Source: a virus | Virus record (IMG/VR): IMGVR_UViG_3300020030_000088 | Location: 1 to 6,005 of that record | DNA: 6,005 nucleotides | Reading direction: 5' to 3' (one strand) | Shown: positions 5,589-6,005 of the stretch, one piece after another | Numbering within the stretch: the first letter of the stretch is position 1 | Layout: each line of letters opens with the position of its first letter | Notes under the pieces: model-generated | What the model was told of the DNA's origin: nothing | Seen by the model: only the letters and a program-made list of their open reading frames with translations | The model's database searches: none | Made by a program: the position numbers and the translations under genes

Positions 5589-5745
5589 GGGTACTCGCGT
5601 CGTAACGCGCCCCCTTGGAGGCAAAGTCCTCTAATTGGTACCTGAAGCAGGCGTAGACGGCCAACGGCCGTGGCCATCCACGGAGTGGATATTGGACTCT
5701 GCGCCTGCTTCTCCATTTGATCGCAGTCGACTTGTCGAATCGATC
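5589..5745 (+). other. GC-rich multi-hairpin island B: two Y-shaped domains plus a third hairpin. Candidate ssDNA replication signal, RNA 3'-end structure or ncRNA.
   Basis: Domain 1: closing helix 5590-5594 with 5638-5642 (ggtac/gtacc); hairpin 5596-5600 with 5605-5609 (cgcgt/acgcg, loop cgta); hairpin 5615-5621 with 5628-5634 (ttggagg/cctctaa, one G-T pair, loop caaagt). Domain 2: 14-bp helix 5644-5657 with 5698-5711 (gaagcaggcgtaga/tctgcgcctgcttc, one G-T pair) enclosing hairpin 5658-5662 with 5666-5670 (cggcc/ggccg, loop aac) and hairpin 5676-5681 with 5685-5690 (atccac/gtggat, loop gga). Third hairpin: 5719-5723 with 5741-5745 (gatcg/cgatc) plus an inner helix, nominally 5727-5731 with 5734-5738 (tcgac/gtcga), where the apical c5731-g5734 pair would leave only a 2-nt loop, so realistically 4 bp (5727-5730 with 5735-5738) closing loop cttg. 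By hand count 5589-5711 is about 61% G+C. Confidence 0.5.
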
Positions 5746-5764
5746 TTCGTAAAATACTAAAATT

Positions 5765-5962
5765 ATGGATTACTGTGATGCTCCGAAATTTTGTCCTGCT
5801 GTTTCTGGTTCTCTTCTCCGGTGGTCTGTTGCCTTTTACCGAGGACGACGCCGGTTCGTTATAGCTTGGTTTGAGTCTGAAGCCGCAGCTTTGCGTTTTT
5901 TAAAGAGATCTCGTGATCAGAACCCCAATTTAAAGTTCGACTGTCTTGAATCTTTGTTTTAA
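5765..5962 (+). CDS. Small basic protein, 65 aa. Possible AP2/integrase-type DNA-binding fold (weak).
   Basis: ATG with an AT-rich leader, and a stop 2 nt before the VP4 ATG at 5965 (equivalent to 81). The segment RWSVAFYRGRRRFVIAWFESEAAALRFLK follows the AP2-like pattern W-x-[AV]-x-[IF]...basic...[VI]-x-hydrophobic-x-F-x-[ST]-x-E-x-A-A-x-x-[YF]. Net positive charge (11 K/R against 7 D/E by hand count). Confidence 0.6.
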   Translation: MDYCDAPKFCPAVSGSLLRWSVAFYRGRRRFVIAWFESEAAALRFLKRSRDQNPNLKFDCLESLF

Positions 5963-6005
5963 TCATGGCCTGCCAGTCTCCTATATGGATTAGAAACCGT
6001 CGTTA
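5885..6005. repeat. Terminal redundancy, copy 2. Identical to 1-121.
   Basis: See copy 1. It contains the end of the 65-aa ORF and the first 13 codons (plus 2 nt) of VP4. Confidence 0.95.
5965..6005 (+). CDS. VP4: 5' end of the VP4 Rep gene, a duplicate of 81-121 truncated by the window edge
   Basis: Sequence identical to 81-121 (MACQSPIWIRNRR...). Confidence 0.85.
   Translation, partial: MACQSPIWIRNRR

Noticed and set aside
5459-5716. 85-aa minus-strand ORF spanning island B.
   Set aside because: It runs through the structured GC-rich non-coding island and into the antisense of ORF107 in a non-register frame. It has no plausible start context, and its Arg/Gly/Pro-rich composition is typical of a random ORF in GC-rich sequence.
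5712-5764. Promoter for the ORF65-VP4-VP1 block downstream of island B, and similarly 3387-3473 for the lipoprotein-VP2 block.
   Set aside because: Promoters are expected at these positions, but I found only partial matches. These are TTTG at 5716-5719 with no TAnnTTTG at the correct spacing, TAAATTTA at 3458-3465 with one mismatch, and TTGACC at 3432-3437 with a poor -10 element. None is strong enough to annotate.

Overview
The window is one complete, circularly permuted genome of a small ssDNA phage of the family Microviridae. Bases 1-121 are identical to 5885-6005, so the unit length is 5884 nt and the window wraps the circle. All supported genes are on the + strand and tightly packed. In order they are a 65-aa basic protein, the VP4 rolling-circle Rep (HUH plus a YxxxY tyrosine pair), the 604-aa VP1 major capsid protein, and a 98-aa very acidic protein. 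A 196-nt gap follows, then a 61-aa predicted lipoprotein, the 420-aa VP2 pilot/minor capsid protein, a Bacteroides-type promoter, and two small unknown ORFs (81 and 107 aa). A 176-nt gap closes the circle back to the 65-aa ORF. No start codon has a Shine-Dalgarno sequence, and the one clear promoter matches the Bacteroides TTTG/TAnnTTTG consensus. This suggests a Bacteroidota host (Alpavirinae-like or a related gut or environmental microvirus), which is inference only. Four things deserve a closer look. (i) The only two sizeable non-coding gaps each hold a GC-rich multi-hairpin island, and the two islands share the same ordered motif blocks. (ii) A signal-peptidase-II-type lipoprotein gene sits 1 nt upstream of VP2. 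(iii) A three-ORF accessory region includes a possible AP2-like DNA-binding mini-protein. (iv) A phiX174-origin-like TGATATTA core lies between VP1 and the next gene. The many minus-strand and +1-frame ORFs in the track are explained by the strong third-position T/C bias and are rejected. No tRNA, rRNA, CRISPR array, IS element or integrase was seen.
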